Positions 13,615-30,526 of a stretch of 64,000 nucleotides of DNA are shown piece by piece; the first letter of the stretch is position 1, and each line of letters starts with the position of its first letter. The notes under the pieces are model-generated. The model saw only the letters and a list, made by a program, of their open reading frames with translations, did not search any database and was not told the origin of the DNA. Both the position numbers and the translations under genes were made by a program. Location of the stretch: assembly GCF_009914755.1 (NCBI RefSeq), contig NC_060937.1. One strand, given 5' to 3'. The DNA comes from the human T2T-CHM13v2.0 reference genome, Homo sapiens.

Positions 13615-13906
13615 GGCTGGGGGCAGTGGCTTACGCCTGTAATCCCAGCACTTTGGGAGGCCAAGGCGGGTGGATCATGAGGTCAGGAGATCGAGACCAT
13701 CCTGGCTAACATGGTGAAACCCCGTCTCTACTAAAAAACACAAAGAATTAGTCGGGCGTGGTGGTGGGTGCCTATAGTCCCAGCTACTTGGTTGGCTGAA
13801 GCAGGAGAATGGCGTGAACTGGGAGGCGGAGCTTGCAGTAAGCCAAAGATCGTGCCACTGCACTCCAGCCTGGGCGACAGAGGGAGACTCTGACAAAAAA
13901 AAAAAA
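13615..13906 (+). mobile_element. AluY inserted in L1 ORF2
   Basis: AluY diagnostics gagatcgagaccatcctggctaac, aatggcgtgaac, gagcttgcag; A tail. Confidence 0.93.
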
Positions 13907-15275
13907 GCCACAAACACAGGCAATCAAAGTAAAAATGGACAAATAGAATCACATCAAGTTAAAAACCTCTGCACAGCAAAAGAAACAACAAAATGAAGAG
14001 ACAACCCACACAATGGAAGAAAATATTTGCAGGCTATTCATCTGACAAGAGATTAATGTCCATAATGTATATGAATCTTAACGCTATAGAAAAAAATCTA
14101 ATAATTCAATTAAAAATGGACAAAAGACCTGAATAGACATTTCTCAAAAAAGGACATGTAAATGTCAAACATGTATATGAAGAGGTGCTCAGCATCACTG
14201 ATCATGAGAGAAATGCACCTCAAAACTACAGTGAGGTATCATTTTACTGCAGTTAAAATGGCTTATATCTAAAAGGCAATAACAAATGCTGGTGAGGATG
14301 TATAGAAAAGGGAATCCTCATCCATAGTAGTAAAACCACTATGAAGAACAGTTTGGAATTTCCTTAGAAAACTAAAAATAGAGCTACTATATTATCCAGC
14401 AATGAAACTGCCAAGTACATACCCAAAATAAAGGAAATCAGTATATCACAGAGATATCTGTACTCCTGTGTTTATTGCAACACTGTTCATGATAGCCAAG
14501 ATTTGGAAGCAATATAAATGTCCATCAACAGATGCGTGGATAAAGGAAATGTGGTACGTATACACAATGGAATACTATTCAGCCATAATAAAGAATGAGA
14601 TTCTGCCATTTGCAACAACATGGATGGAAATGTAGGTTATTAAGTGTAAAGTGAAATAAGCCAGGCACAGAAAGACAAACTTCACATGTTCTCACTTATT
14701 TGTGGAGCTAAAAATTAAAACAATTGAACTCATGGAGATAGAGAGTAAGAGGATGATTACCAGAGGCTTGGAAAGGTAGTTGGAGGGATTGGGGAGTTGG
14801 GGGGAAGTATAATGGTTAATGTGTACAAAAAATAGAAAGAACAAATAAGACCTAGTATTTGCTAGCACAACAGAGTGACTATAGTTAAAAATAATTTAAT
14901 TGTACATTTTAAAAACTGAAAGAGTATAATTAGATTGTTTGTAATACAAAGGATAAATGCTTGACGTGATGGATACCCCAGTTACACTGAGGTGATTATT
15001 ACACATTGCATACCTGCATTAAAATATCTCATGTAACCCATAAGTATATATAACTACTATGTACCCACAAAAATTATAAATTAAAGAAATGACATATTAA
15101 TTTATTTAGAACTCAGGTAAAAACTCCCTATGGATACTAAAACATATTTGGGAAGTTCCTTACCAAGTTTGAAGGATACATTTCCAAAATTAATTATACG
15201 TAATAACCTTATTATATGGAATAGTTTGAACTTGAATACATGAGTTTTGGTTCGCCATGAACATAATGGTAAATA

Positions 15276-15487
15276 CTAATGCTCTTGACTTATGATGGGG
15301 GCTATATCACAATAATCCATCATAAATTGAAAATATTTTTGACTTAATTTTTTTTTTTTTTTTACTTACAATGTGTTTAACTGGACATACCTGTTCTAAG
15401 TTGAAGAGTTTACTAAATGGCATATCACTTTTGCATAGTTGTAAAGTCAAGAAATGATAAGTCAAATGATAAGTCAGGGACCACCTG
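15276..15487 (+). mobile_element. MER47A-like Tigger MITE
   Basis: atgctcttgacttatgatgggg... to ...aagtcaaatgataagtcagggaccacctg, matching MER47 ends after CpG decay. Confidence 0.75.
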
Positions 15488-16374
15488 AATCAGTTATTGT
15501 GTAATAGGTCGTTGATCTCTATTGCTCTTCAGATGTATAAGTTTATCTCCATTTTAAATTTCACACTGGTCTGTTTTTGAGGTGTTTACTTTTATAATTT
15601 TCTACCTTCTTCCTCTTTTTCAAAATCTCAACTTCACTTCTTAACTGCTGTCAGTATGCTAGCTTTTAGCTATCTCTCAGTTCCCCCTTCTTCTCTCTCT
15701 TCTTTGCCCTCTCTCTCTTGCCATTATTCTGTAGGCATCACATAAACTTGCTACTATCTATTTTTGATACTCATTTTAGTCTTTTTGGCTAACTTGCTGA
15801 TTCTGTAAATTGAGACTTACAGATAATGATCCCTGAATAAATGAAGGGGCCACTTTACTTTTAATAATGAAAAATCCTGTTACCTGTTTTCAGATAGCTA
15901 TAACTGTCATTAGAAGACTCAGATAACGTTGGCAAATCTATTCAGATCAGTCAAAAAATAGTATTTCAGGACAATGTACAAATAGAAGACATTCTCAGTG
16001 CTTATTAAATAAAGGAAGACTTTTGGAAAGTTTTTTTTTCTTTCTTTTTGATTTGAAAGGACATAAAAGGAAGGTCTTATTACATTTTTTAAAAAAACAT
16101 TAAGAGCACACGAACATTTCCCCTAAATGGAATGATGAATAATTCAACAACAAAGGAGAGAAGTTTATAGAATTTATAAAATTGCAAAGCCAAAGGATAA
16201 CATAATCTAGAAATTCACCAAGGGAAAACTAAAATGACAAATTCGGTTCATCACCACCTTGCAAATGTACAGTTTTAGTGAATACTTGACTTCATTTTTC
16301 TAAAATACAAAACAGTGTTTTAGTTAGGTGAAGACATTGACATATGGAAGGTGTTTGAGAATTTATGCCAGTTG

Positions 16375-16515
16375 AATAATTAATAAATCAATGAACAAGT
16401 TATTGTTGGACATTCACTATGTGCACAGCATGTCCCAGGTGGTATGGGGGAAGTGTTAATCAAGTCATATCATGCTGTTGCTATGCTCATGGGATAGTCT
16501 AATATCAGATTACAA
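16375..16515 (-). mobile_element. L2 3' end relic
   Basis: tcaatgaacaagttattgttggacattcactatgtgcacagcatgtcccagg. Confidence 0.5.
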
Positions 16516-16685
16516 CAGTTTTCTGCCAAAAAAAAGTACCTTGTGTTAAAATGACTTCCATGTATTTTTTTTCTCAATTTCTAAATGGGCTACTAGAGAT
16601 AGCAGTAGGAAACAGAAAGGTGGTAAGGCAATGTAGCCAAAGACAAATATTTTTTCTAAAATGTTTTCTGAAAAAAAGAGGTCTC

Positions 16686-16983
16686 AGCTGGGCATGGTGG
16701 CTCACACCTGTAATCCTAGAACTTTGGGAGGCTGAGGCAGGTGAATCACCTGAGGTCGGGGTTCAAGACCAGTCTGACAAACATGGAGAAACCCCTTCTC
16801 TACTAAAAAATACAAAAAATTAGCCAGGTGTGGTGGCACATACCTGTAATCCCAGCTACTTGGGAGGCTGAGGCTGGAGAATCACTTGAACTGGGGGGCA
16901 GAGTTTGCGGTGAGTGGAGATCATGACATTGCACTCCAGCCTGGGCAGCAAGAGCGAAACTCTGTCTCAAAAAAAAAAAAAAA
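16686..16983 (+). mobile_element. AluSp-like SINE
   Basis: ctgacaaacatggagaaa, gcggtgag, caagagcgaaactc; A tail; gtctc on both flanks. Confidence 0.92.
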
Positions 16984-17111
16984 AGTCTCTGTAGAACAAG
17001 AAGTTGAACTGAAGATGGTCAGAGAGAACCTAGAGGATTTTTGGATTTGCCTTAAGGGGACTCAAACTGGTGAAATGTCTTATTCTTTGTAACATTAGGG
17101 AAATGGTGATA

Positions 17112-17504
17112 GCAGATGGTTTGAATGTGCCCTCATTGCTGTGTTGGAAACTTAATCACTAATGCAACAGTGTTGGGAAGTGGGAACCAATAAGAGGTGA
17201 TTAGGTCATGAGGCCTCTGCCCTTGTGAATGGATTAATGTCGTTATTGCAGTTCTGGGTTAGTTATCATGAGAGAGGCTTTCTTATAAAAATGAATTTAT
17301 CCTTCTCTTCTTCATTCATTCTTGCTTTTTTTTGCTCTTCTACCTTCCACCATGGGATGACACAGCACAAAGGCCCTTGGCAGATGCCAGTACCATATTC
17401 TGGAACTTCCCAGCCTCTATAACCATGAGCAAATAAATTTCTGTTCATTGTAAATTACCCAGTTTGAGGTATCCTGTTACAGCAACATAAATTGCACCAA
17501 GACA
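17112..17504 (+). mobile_element. MSTD-like MaLR solo LTR
   Basis: atggtttgaatgtgccc...gaggtgattaggtcatgagg...aataaatttctgttc...ccaagaca. Confidence 0.8.
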
Positions 17505-18011
17505 GCAGGATTACAAAAATAAACAAAAGGAATTATTTTCCATCTGCTCTCTTTTTGTTCCTGATTGTATTTGCTTGGCCTCTCAAATGAAGGTACGTAC
17601 TTGTAGTCAGAAGGAGAAGAGGAGTTCTCTGTAAGAACAACCTGTCCTGATCAATACAGGTTCAAAGGGTTTGATGTTCTTATAGGTTCTTCCAGGTAGC
17701 AAAAAAATGTGAACAAGATTAATAATGAGTACAGGAAAATAAGATTTGGTTGTGTTTCCAGCAATATCAAATTGATTAAATATCCTAAAATAGCCTTGAT
17801 ACAAAATAAATGGAAATGTTGAATGAAATATAATCAGTATTCTTTAAATACATAACTGGGCTAGGAAGAAATATGGGAGATTATTAGTATATATGATAAA
17901 GAGCAACTTGCTACTCTACACAGAAACTGAATCTAGACTGTTCTGTGGGATTTGGGGATTGGTAGATTTTAGCAACCAAGGTATTTGAGTAGTAATGGCT
18001 ACATGGGAGTG

Positions 18012-18361
18012 TCTATTAGTCCATTTTCATGCTGCTGATAAAGACATACCTGAGACTGGGCAATTTACAAAAGAAAGAGGTTTAATTGGACTTACAGTTC
18101 CACATGGCTGGGGAAGCCTCACAATAATGAAGGCAAGGAGGAACAAATCACGTCTTACGCGGATGTCAGCGGCAAAGAGACAACTTGAGCAGGGGAACTC
18201 CTCTTTTTAAAACCACCAGATTTTTAGAGACTTATTTACTATCACAAGAACAGCATGTGAAACACCTCCCTCCATGATTCCATTACCTCCCACCAGGTCC
18301 CTCTGACAACACATGGGAATTCAAGATGAGATTTGGGTGGGGACATGGCCAAACCATATCA
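18012..18361 (-). mobile_element. THE1B-like solo LTR
   Basis: tattagtccattttcatgctgctgataaagacatacc... to ...ccaaaccatatca; perfect 5-bp TSD gagtg (18007-18011 / 18362-18366). Confidence 0.92.
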
Positions 18362-19084
18362 GAGTGGGAGGGAGATAAGGTTTTGAATTCTTACAAAAAT
18401 GAGAGTTCAAATTGAGATCTTCAAAAATGCTAGGATCCTTAGGAAACAACGTCTTTTATACAAAACATCTTCTGACACTGGCTAAGGAAGATGACAGTCA
18501 AGTTTGCCTGTTTTGACTTGTATTTTAGAGAAATTTAAAAAAATCTGTGGCAATTTATCATCCTAGTCCAATCTTCATGTGAATTTGAACTTGGAACTTT
18601 TGTATCCCTGTGATCTTAACAAAAGATAAAAATTAATATTTAAAAATGGTTCTCGAATTGCCATACTCATGAGACACCTAGCAGAAGCAAATGCAAAAGA
18701 AATCTGAAGAACTCACTTCAACTCAGGCCCCACAAGTTTTATATACAAAATTTCATCAAACATGAATTTACAGTCTAAAAATAAAAAACAGGGATCCATT
18801 AGCCATAGTCATTATATACTGCAGATAGCATATTTAGAACATCAAGGACTTCAAATAATGGGTATTATTAGATATAATTAGATAATTATAAACTGTGTTT
18901 AAAATAATACAAATGATCATAGATTTAATAAAAATAAAATATAAAACAAAGTACCAGCAGAAGACCTCCAGATTTCAAAAATAATGATACAGCCTTATAG
19001 GAATATCGACACCATTTTTATAGTATAATCAAATGTGCGTATATTGACTTCTATGTCTAACAAGGAATAGACACATTTTTATAA

Positions 19085-21399
<2,315 letters not shown>

Positions 21400-21400
<1 letters not shown>

Positions 21401-22010
21401 TTTACTCTCCTGTGTACTCTCATTAAGTGGAGGAAAGGAGTCTCTCCTAGAGCTGTAATCTTCACTGCCTGGGGTTGGAGGAGAGGTGACATAAGCACTT
21501 CCTTGTCTGATCAGACTGGTTTCTCACTAGGTTGTAGTCCTTGTAGCCTAGCTAGCCTTCAATGTTATTTAGGACCCCAGAGCACTTCAGCACATGACAG
21601 CTGGGCTTGCCAGAACACAGTTTCTGACCATTGGGTTTGATTATTTGTACTGGCTAGAGCAGGTCTAACTGCTCCCTCTGTGGGTGCCAGTCAATTTCTG
21701 CCCCATATTACTTTCTGCTGTGACGGGCAGGACTGAGTTCTAATGCAAAGTTCCACAAACTGCACTCTCCATCCCCAACACTGTCATTGCTGGGGGATGG
21801 GGAAGGGGTGGTGTCGGCAATTCAAGGGTGTCTTTTCTTCCCCCTTCAGTGCCTCTTACCTTGATATGAGGTTTAAATCATGTACTGTCATCACTTAATT
21901 TTGGGTTATTACAAAGGCACTTTCACGTATGGATGGTTGCTCAGTTTGGTGTTCCTGCCATAGGACAATAACTGGTGCGTTCTATTCAGCCATCTTGTTC
22001 TATCTCCTCC
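21400..22010 (-). mobile_element. L1MA-type 5'UTR, intact 5' terminus
   Basis: Ends ttctattcagccatcttgttctatctcctcc, homologous to the 5' start of the 8918 element. Confidence 0.75.
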
Positions 22011-22120
22011 AGTATTTTTTTCTGATTTATCAATTTAATTATGCTTCTATTGAAACAATTTTAGGAATACTTGTTTCAATAATACCTCAGTTTGTTCATC
22101 TGTTTTCTATTTCTGCTTAG

Positions 22121-22360
<240 letters not shown>

Positions 22361-22604
22361 GCAATTTATTCTTTAGTAAATCATTTAAAATTATCACAAT
22401 AGTAATTTCAAATCATTTTATTTTTGTCATGTACCATTATAAGATTGGTCCATAGATTTGGTTTACTACTTGAAAGATTGGCTTATAGTTTCAGAATTTC
22501 ACTAAATGCTCAAAGAGCTAGCTCTTAGACTTATTAATTCTGCTATGTAATATGTATATTTCTGTTGTAGTTTTAGTAATTATTTCTCCTGTTTTATATT
22601 AGGA

Positions 22605-25600
22605 TTGACTATAGTAGATACAAAAAATATTAAAAGTCAGGAATCAAAGCACAGTACTTGAGAACATCACCTAATAACAAAGGAAGACAGTAAGAGGAAG
22701 AAAGGAAGAAAGGGTCTACAGTCAACTAGAAAGCAAGGAACAAAATGGCAGTCATAAGACCTAGCCTATCAAGAATAACTTTGAATGAAATTGGATTAAA
22801 TTCTCTAATCAAAAGACATAAGTTGAATGGATATTGATATGGTTTAGCTTTGTGTCCCCACCCAAATCTCATCTTGTAGCTCCCATACTTCCCACATGTT
22901 GTGGGACCCACTGGGAGATGATTGAATCGTGGGGATGGGTCTTTCCTGTGCTGTTCTCATGATAGTGAATAAGTCTCATGAGATCTGATGAAGTTTTTAA
23001 GAATGGGAGTTTCTCTGCACAAGCTCTTTCTTTGCCCGCTGCCATCCATGTAAGACCCGATTTGCCCCTCCTTGCCTTCCACCATGATTGTGAGGCCTCC
23101 CCAACCATGTGGAACTGTAAGTCTATTAAACCTCTTTCTTTTGCAAATTGCCCAGTCTCAGGTCTGTCTTTATCAGCGGTATGAAAATGGACTAATATGG
23201 TAAATTGGTACCAAGATAGTGGGGTGTTGCCGAAAAGATACTTGAAAATGTGGAAATGACCTTGGAACTGGGTAACAGGCAGAGGTTGGAACAGTTTGGA
23301 GGGATCAAAAGAAGACAGGAAAATGTGGGAAAGTTTGGAACTTCCTAGAGACTTGTTGAATGGCTTTGCCCAAAATGTTGATAGTGATATGGACAATAAA
23401 GTCTAGGCAGAGGTGGTCTCAGATGGAAACGAGAAACTTATTGGGAACTGGAGCAAAGGTGACTCCTGTTATGTTTTAGCAAAGAAACTGGCAGCATTTT
23501 GCCTCTGCCCTAGAGATTTGTGGAATTTTGAACTTGAGAGAGATGATTTAGGGTATCTGGCAGGAGAAATTTCTAAGTGGCAAAGCATTCAAGAGATGAC
23601 TTGGGTGCTGTTAAAGGCATTCAGTTTTATAAGGAAAGCAGAGCATAAAATTTGGAAAATTTGCAGCCTGACAATGCAATAGAAAATAAAATACCATTGT
23701 CAGAGGAGAAATTCAAGCTGGCTGCAGAAATTTGCAGAAGTAACGAGGAGCCAAATGTTAATCCTCAAGACGATGAGGAAAATGTCTCCTGGGCATGTCA
23801 GAAGGCTTCATGGCAACCCCTCCCATCACAGGCCCAGAGGCCTAGGAGGGTAAAATGGTTTCATGGGCCAGGCCCAGGGACTTTGTGCTATGTGCACAAA
23901 GCTAGAGACTTGGTGCCCTGTGTCCCAGCTGCTCCAGCTGTGACTAAAAGGGGCCAAGCTAAAGCTCGGGCCATGGCTTCAGAGGGTGCAAGCCCAAAGC
24001 CTTGGCAGCTTCCAGGTTGTGTTGAGCCTGCAGGTGCATAGAAGTCAAGAACTGAGGTTTGGGAACCTCCATCTAGATTTTAGAGGGTATATGGAAATGC
24101 CTAGATGTACAGGCAGAAGTGTTTTACAAAGGCGGAGTCCTCATGGAGAACCTCTGCTATGGCAGTGCAGAAGGAAAATGTGGGGTAGAAGCCCCAGCAT
24201 AGAGTCCCTACTGGGGTACCACCTAATGGAGTTGTGAGAAGAGGACCACCATCCTCCAGACCCCAGAATGGTATATCCACTGACACCTTGCACTGTGCAC
24301 CTGGAAAAGCCACAGACACTCAATGCCAGCCCATGAAGGCAGCTGAAAGGGAGGTGGTACCCTGCAAAGTCACAGAGGCAGAGCTGCCCAAAACTATGGA
24401 AACCTACCTCTTGCATCAGCATGACCTGGATGTGAGACATGAAGTCAAAGGAGATCATTTTGGAGCTTTAAGATTTGACTGCCCTGCTGGATTCTGGACT
24501 TGCATGGGACCTGTATCCCCTTTATTTTGGCCAATTTTTCCCATTTGGAATGGCTGTATTTACCCAATGACTGTACCTCCATTGTATCTAGGAAGCAAGT
24601 AACTTGCTTTTGATTTTACAAGCTTATAGGCAGAAGGGACTTGCCTTGTCCCAGATGAGACTTTGTACTGTAGACTTTTGAGTTAATTCTGAAATGAGTT
24701 AAGACTTTGGGGGACTGTTGGGAAGGCATGATTCATTTTGAAATGTGAAGATAGGAGATTTGGGAGGGGCTGGGATGGAATGATATGGTTTGGCTCTGTG
24801 TCCCCACACAAATCTCATCTTGTAGCTCCCATAATTCCCAAGTGTTGTGGAAGGGACCCAGTGGGAAATGACTGAATCATGGGGGTGGGCTTTTCCCCAT
24901 GCTGTTTTGTGATAGTGATTGGGTCTCACAAGATCTGATGGTTTTAAAAACAGGAGTTTCCCTGCACAAGCTCTTTCTTTGCCTGCTGCCATCCATGTAA
25001 GATGTGACTTGCTCCTTTCCTTCCACCATGATTGTTAGGCCTCCCTAGCCATGTGGAACGCTAAGTCCAATAAGCCTCTTTCTCTTATAAATTGCACAGT
25101 CTCAGGTATGTCTTTATCAGCAGCATGAAAATGGACCAATACAGATATTTTTTAAAAGACCCAGGCTTCTTACAAGAGACTCACTTCAACTGTAAGGACA
25201 CTTATAGAATGAAAGTGAAGAAATGCAAAAACATATTCCATGCAAATAGAAACCAAAAGACAGCATGGGTAGCTATACTTAGATAAAGTAGAATTTACAT
25301 CAAAAACTGTAAAAAGAGACACAAAAAGGTCAGTATATGATGATAAAGTTGTCAATTCCTCAAGAAGATATAACAATTATGAGTTTTACATAAAATTATA
25401 AATTGAATCAGTAATAATTCTCCATACCTAACATTAGAGCACCTACGTATATAAATCAATGTTACTAGGCCTCAAGTAAAATATAGACTATAATACAATA
25501 ATAGCAAGGAACTTTAAAATCTTACTTTCAGCTATACACAGATTATCAAGACAGAAAATCAATAAGGAAATATTGAACTTGAACTACACTTTTGAAATAG

Positions 25601-25880
25601 ACCTAACAGAGATTTACAGAACATTCCATCTAACAGCACCAGAACCCATATTCTCCTCAAGAGCAGATGAATTATTCTCCAGGATACATCATACGCTAGG
25701 CCACAAAACAAATTTTAACAAATTTAATAAGTTTAAAATCATATCAAGTATTTTTTCAAAATACAATTATATAGATTCAGATCAATAATGAGTAATTTCA
25801 AAAAATTCACAAATACATGGAAATTAAACAACATGCTCCCAAACAACCAATGGGTCAAAGAATAAATTAAAAGGGAAATT
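22605..25880 (+). mobile_element. L1MA/MB inter-ORF and ORF2 endonuclease fragment, interrupted by THE1B provirus
   Basis: ORF2 start caaaatggcagtcataagacc; sequence resumes colinearly after 25143 (caagagactcacttcaactgtaaggac). Confidence 0.82.
22835..25143 (+). mobile_element. Complete THE1B-like MaLR provirus (5'LTR 22835-23199, internal 23200-24780, 3'LTR 24781-25143)
   Basis: Both LTRs start tgatatggttt; purine tract before the 3'LTR; decayed THE1-int ORF (WSKGDSCYVLAKKLAAFCLCPRDLWNFELERDD); perfect TSD gatat 22830-22834 / 25144-25148. Confidence 0.95.
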
Positions 25881-26551
25881 CTATTATCTAACCTAACTGA
25901 ATATCCTGAATGCTGGGTCAGGCATGTGAGAGGAAAAAAGACCCCATTATTTCTTGCCAAAGTCATGGTGCTAGGACTGCGTCTCTTATACAGAGATAGC
26001 ACCTTGTTCCAGGGGTCTGAAGACTACCTGTGACCCCTGTCAGGGCTTGTGCTTACACATACCACTGGCATGCAGGCCTCCCTGGTCTGACTCCACCCAG
26101 CTTCCCCACTCCCTCCTGTGCAAAATGTGGGACCCAGGCCCTTGAGTGCTCTAGGGCACAACCCACTACCGGGAACCCTGGAGCACTTCTTGAGGTATAA
26201 GCAAAGATGAAGTATAAACCCTATTGCTACTACATCAGGTGACTCTTAGCTGCAAGCACCACCTACGTAACCCAACACAAAATGTGCTGACATAAGTGCA
26301 GAGCACTTGGGAGTGAGATAGGCTTCTTGTGACTTCTGCTACTACCATTGTCCACACAACTCTGGCTTCTCCGAAGGTAATGAGCCCACTCACTTTCCAG
26401 GATACTACTACTGCAACTGGCATTTGAGAAAGCCAGCACACTAACTATGAAAATTATACAGAGTTTTCACTACTGAATGCACCCAGAAGCAAAACCAAAT
26501 GGTTCTATCCAACATATATCATTATCACATCCTTAAGAAAAAGTCCCACCC

Positions 26552-26961
26552 TGGGTTGGTCCATTTGTGTGGTTATAAAGGAATAACTGAGACTGGGTGA
26601 TTTATTAAGAAAATTGGGTTACTTTGCCTTACAGTTCTAAAGGCTGTACAGGAAGTGTAGTCTTGGCAAATGCTTCTGGTGAGGGCCTCAAGAAGCTTTC
26701 ACAAATAGCGGTAGGTGAAGGGAGCAGGAACATCACACGATGAGAGAGGGAGCAAGGTGGGGGGAGGTGCCACAGTCTTTTAAACAACAAGCTTTTATGT
26801 GGATTACCACAGTGAGAACTCACTTATCATGGGGATGGCACCAAGCCATTCATAAAAGATCTACCCTATGACCTGGACATCTCCTACTCTCCATCCCCTC
26901 CAACATTGGCAATCACATTTCAACATGAGATTTGAAGGAGACACATATCCAAACTATATCA
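26552..26961 (-). mobile_element. MSTB-like solo LTR
   Basis: ggctgtacaggaag...gcttctggtgagggcctcaagaagc...ccaaactatatca; TSD caccc 26547-26551 / 26962-26966. Confidence 0.9.
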
Positions 26962-27360
26962 CACCCCAATAAATTAAAAAGTAAGAGTTGACTGTTTCTT
27001 CAGATGTGGAGAAATCAGCATAATAATTCTGAACACATGAAAAAGCAAGGTGTTATGAAATCCCCAAAGGAAGACAATAATCTCTAGATATGGATCCTAC
27101 TAAAAAGAAATGTTTGAAATGTTATGTAAGGAATTCAAAATATTAATTTTAAAGAAGCTCAATGAGAGATAAATCTGAAAAAATAATACAAAGTCAGAAA
27201 ATCAGATCAGGATATGAATGAGAAATTTACCAAGGAGATATCTTTAAAAGCTAAAATAATAAAACAGAACTTTTGAAAACAAAAAAAATTATTGAAAGAA
27301 TTACAATGTACTGCTGAAAGCTTCAACAATAACCTAGACCAAGCAGAAGAGAATATCTAA

Positions 27361-27706
<346 letters not shown>

Positions 27707-28600
27707 CAAAAATTTTTTTAAAAGAATGAACAAAACCTTAGAGAAGTATGGAACTGCATAAAGCAATGTAACTTAGGAATCATTGGTATTCTCAAGGGAG
27801 AAGAGAAAGCAAAATGTTTAGAAAACCTGTTTAAGGAAATAATTGACAAAAGATTTCACTGGTCTAGCAAGATATTTGAATATCTAGATACAAAAGGCCC
27901 AACAAATACTAGGAAAATACATTGCAAGATGAAATTCACCATTACATGTAGTCATCAGACTTTCTAAAGTCAAAGTGAAAGAAGAAAAACCTTAAAATCA
28001 GCAAGAGAAAAACATTTAGTCCCTGTAAAGGAAACCAAATTAGGCTTACATTGTGATTCTCAGCAGAAGCCTTAGAAACCAGAAGAGATTTGTGCCCTAT
28101 TTTCAAGGTGCTTAAGGAAAAAGAAAAAAAAAAAAACTGGCAATCACAAATTCTATATCTTGTCAGAGTAACTTTCATAAATGAAAGAGAAAGTCTTTTT
28201 CAGACAAGCAAACACTGAAGGAATTTGTCATCCCTAGTGTGGCTCTACAAGAAATGTTCCAAGGCGTTCTAAACATGGGAAAAGGTTAGTATTCTCCATG
28301 GTAAAAATACATGAAAGTACAAAACTCACAGGTCTTAAAAAACTACTACACAAGGGACGAAGAGAAAAAAAAATCAAATGGCAACAAGAGAACTCCACCA
28401 AACCATAAAGATAAGCAGAGAGAGAAAAGAAAAAAAAAAGCAAGAATCTAAGAATCCACAAAACAACTAGATAATAATGAACATTATGATGGGTATAAAA
28501 CTCCACATATCAATATTAAGGTTGAACATAAATGGATTAAATGCTCCACTTAAAGTATAGATTGGCAGAATGGATAAAAAGTGAACCAACTGTATGCTGC

Positions 28601-29415
28601 TGTGGTGTTGAATGTATATTTATAGGTTTTCGTCCACAGCTCTTGGCTCATAAGTCCCATAACCCTTGTTTCAATCTTTTGTTATAATGTTGGGTGTGTT
28701 AAGCTTCTGGGTTAGGCTTCAGGAAATAGTATCTCTCTTTTTCCTGTCCTCCTTTACCTGCTGCAAGACAGGACTCCATTCTTCCCCTGCCTTTCTGATT
28801 GTGGGTCATAAGACCCACCTCAGAAAGTTCCCACCCTATACCTAGGTAAGGAATGCTGATGTCATGAAGCTTCTATAAAAACCCAAGATTACTGGGTTGG
28901 AGAGTTTTCAGATAAGTGGAGATGTAGAATTTCCTGGAGGGTGGCACGTCCAGAGGGGGCATGGATGCTCAGCATCCCTTCCCTCATGCTTTGTCCTGAG
29001 TACCTCTTATGTATGTATCCTTTATAATATTCTTTAAAATGAACGGCTAAACATAAATAAGTGTTCCCCTGAGTTCTGTGAGATGCATCTCCAAATTAGT
29101 TAAACCCAAAGAGGGAATCATGGAAGTCCCAATTTGAAACTAATCAGTTAGAAATTCTAGAGGACTGGACTTGTGAGTGGCATTGGTGGAAAGGGGCAGT
29201 TTTGAGGATGAGTGCTTACCCTGTGGGATCTGGCACTGTCTCCAGGTACATTATGCAAGAATTGAATTCATGGAAAACCAGCTGGTGTCTGCTTCTTGGT
29301 GGCTGGAGGAAAACCCTCACACATTTAGTCACAGAAATCTTAGGGTTTATGATTGTTGTTGCTGTGGTGTGAGAGCAGTGGGAAAACATGATTTGAGGGA
29401 GTTTTTCCCTAAACA
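28601..29415 (+). mobile_element. MER21A-like ERV solo LTR
   Basis: TG...CA ends; ggttttcgtccacagctcttggctcataagtccc; perfect TSD gctgc 28596-28600 / 29416-29420 interrupting L1 ORF2. Confidence 0.82.
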
Positions 29416-30107
29416 GCTGCTTACAAAAAACTCACAATGACACTTACAGGCTGAAGGTGAAGGGGTGAAAAAAATATTCCACACAAATGGAAATAAAAAG
29501 TGAACAGGAATAACTATGATCAGATCAGATAAAACAGACTTTAAATCAACAAAATTCACAGTAAAACAATAAAAAGAAGGTCATTAAATAATGATGAAGG
29601 GTCAATACAAGAGGATGTAACAATTCTAAATCTATATGCACCCAACACTGGAGCACCTAGATTTATAAAACAAATATTACTAGACTTAAATAAATAGACA
29701 CCAATAAAATATAGTGGAGAGCTTCAATGCCCTAATCTCCACATTAGACAGGTCATTGAGAGAGAAAATCAGCAAAGAACCTTGAGACTTAACTTGAATT
29801 TTAGACCAAATAGACCTAACAGATATTTACAAAACATTCTATTGAAGAAACACAGAAAATATATTCTCATCAACGCATGGAACATCTTCCAAGGTAGATC
29901 ACATGTTAGGCCATAAAACATGACTCAGTAAATTTTTAAAAATAAAAATTATATCAAATATCGTCTCAGATCACAGCAGAATAAAACTAGAAATTAATGC
30001 CAAGAGAATCTCTTGAAACCATACAAATACCTGGAAATTAACGCTCCTGAATGATCTTTGGATCAATGATGAATTTAAGAAGAAAATTTAAAAGTCTTTT
30101 GAAATGA

Positions 30108-30526
<419 letters not shown>

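Larger units (their letters stand above)
8918..15083 (+). mobile_element. Near full-length L1MA (L1MA2/3-like) LINE, inactive, with shortened 5'UTR
   Basis: 5' start gaggtggagtaagatgg; ORF1 remnant (QVQEEYRTPSRFSPKKTTSRHLIIKLPKVKDK); ORF2 ATG at 10678 (MAGVSPNLSIITLNVN); RT motif ttgtttgcagattacatg; L1MA 3'UTR; degenerate 16-bp TSD aagaaatgtcatgcta 8902-8917 / aagaaatgacatatta 15084-15099. Confidence 0.92.

Noticed and set aside
22869-24992. Cluster of 80-175 aa ORFs (similar cluster at 42064-43530)
   Set aside because: Decayed THE1/MST internal and LTR sequence, not host genes
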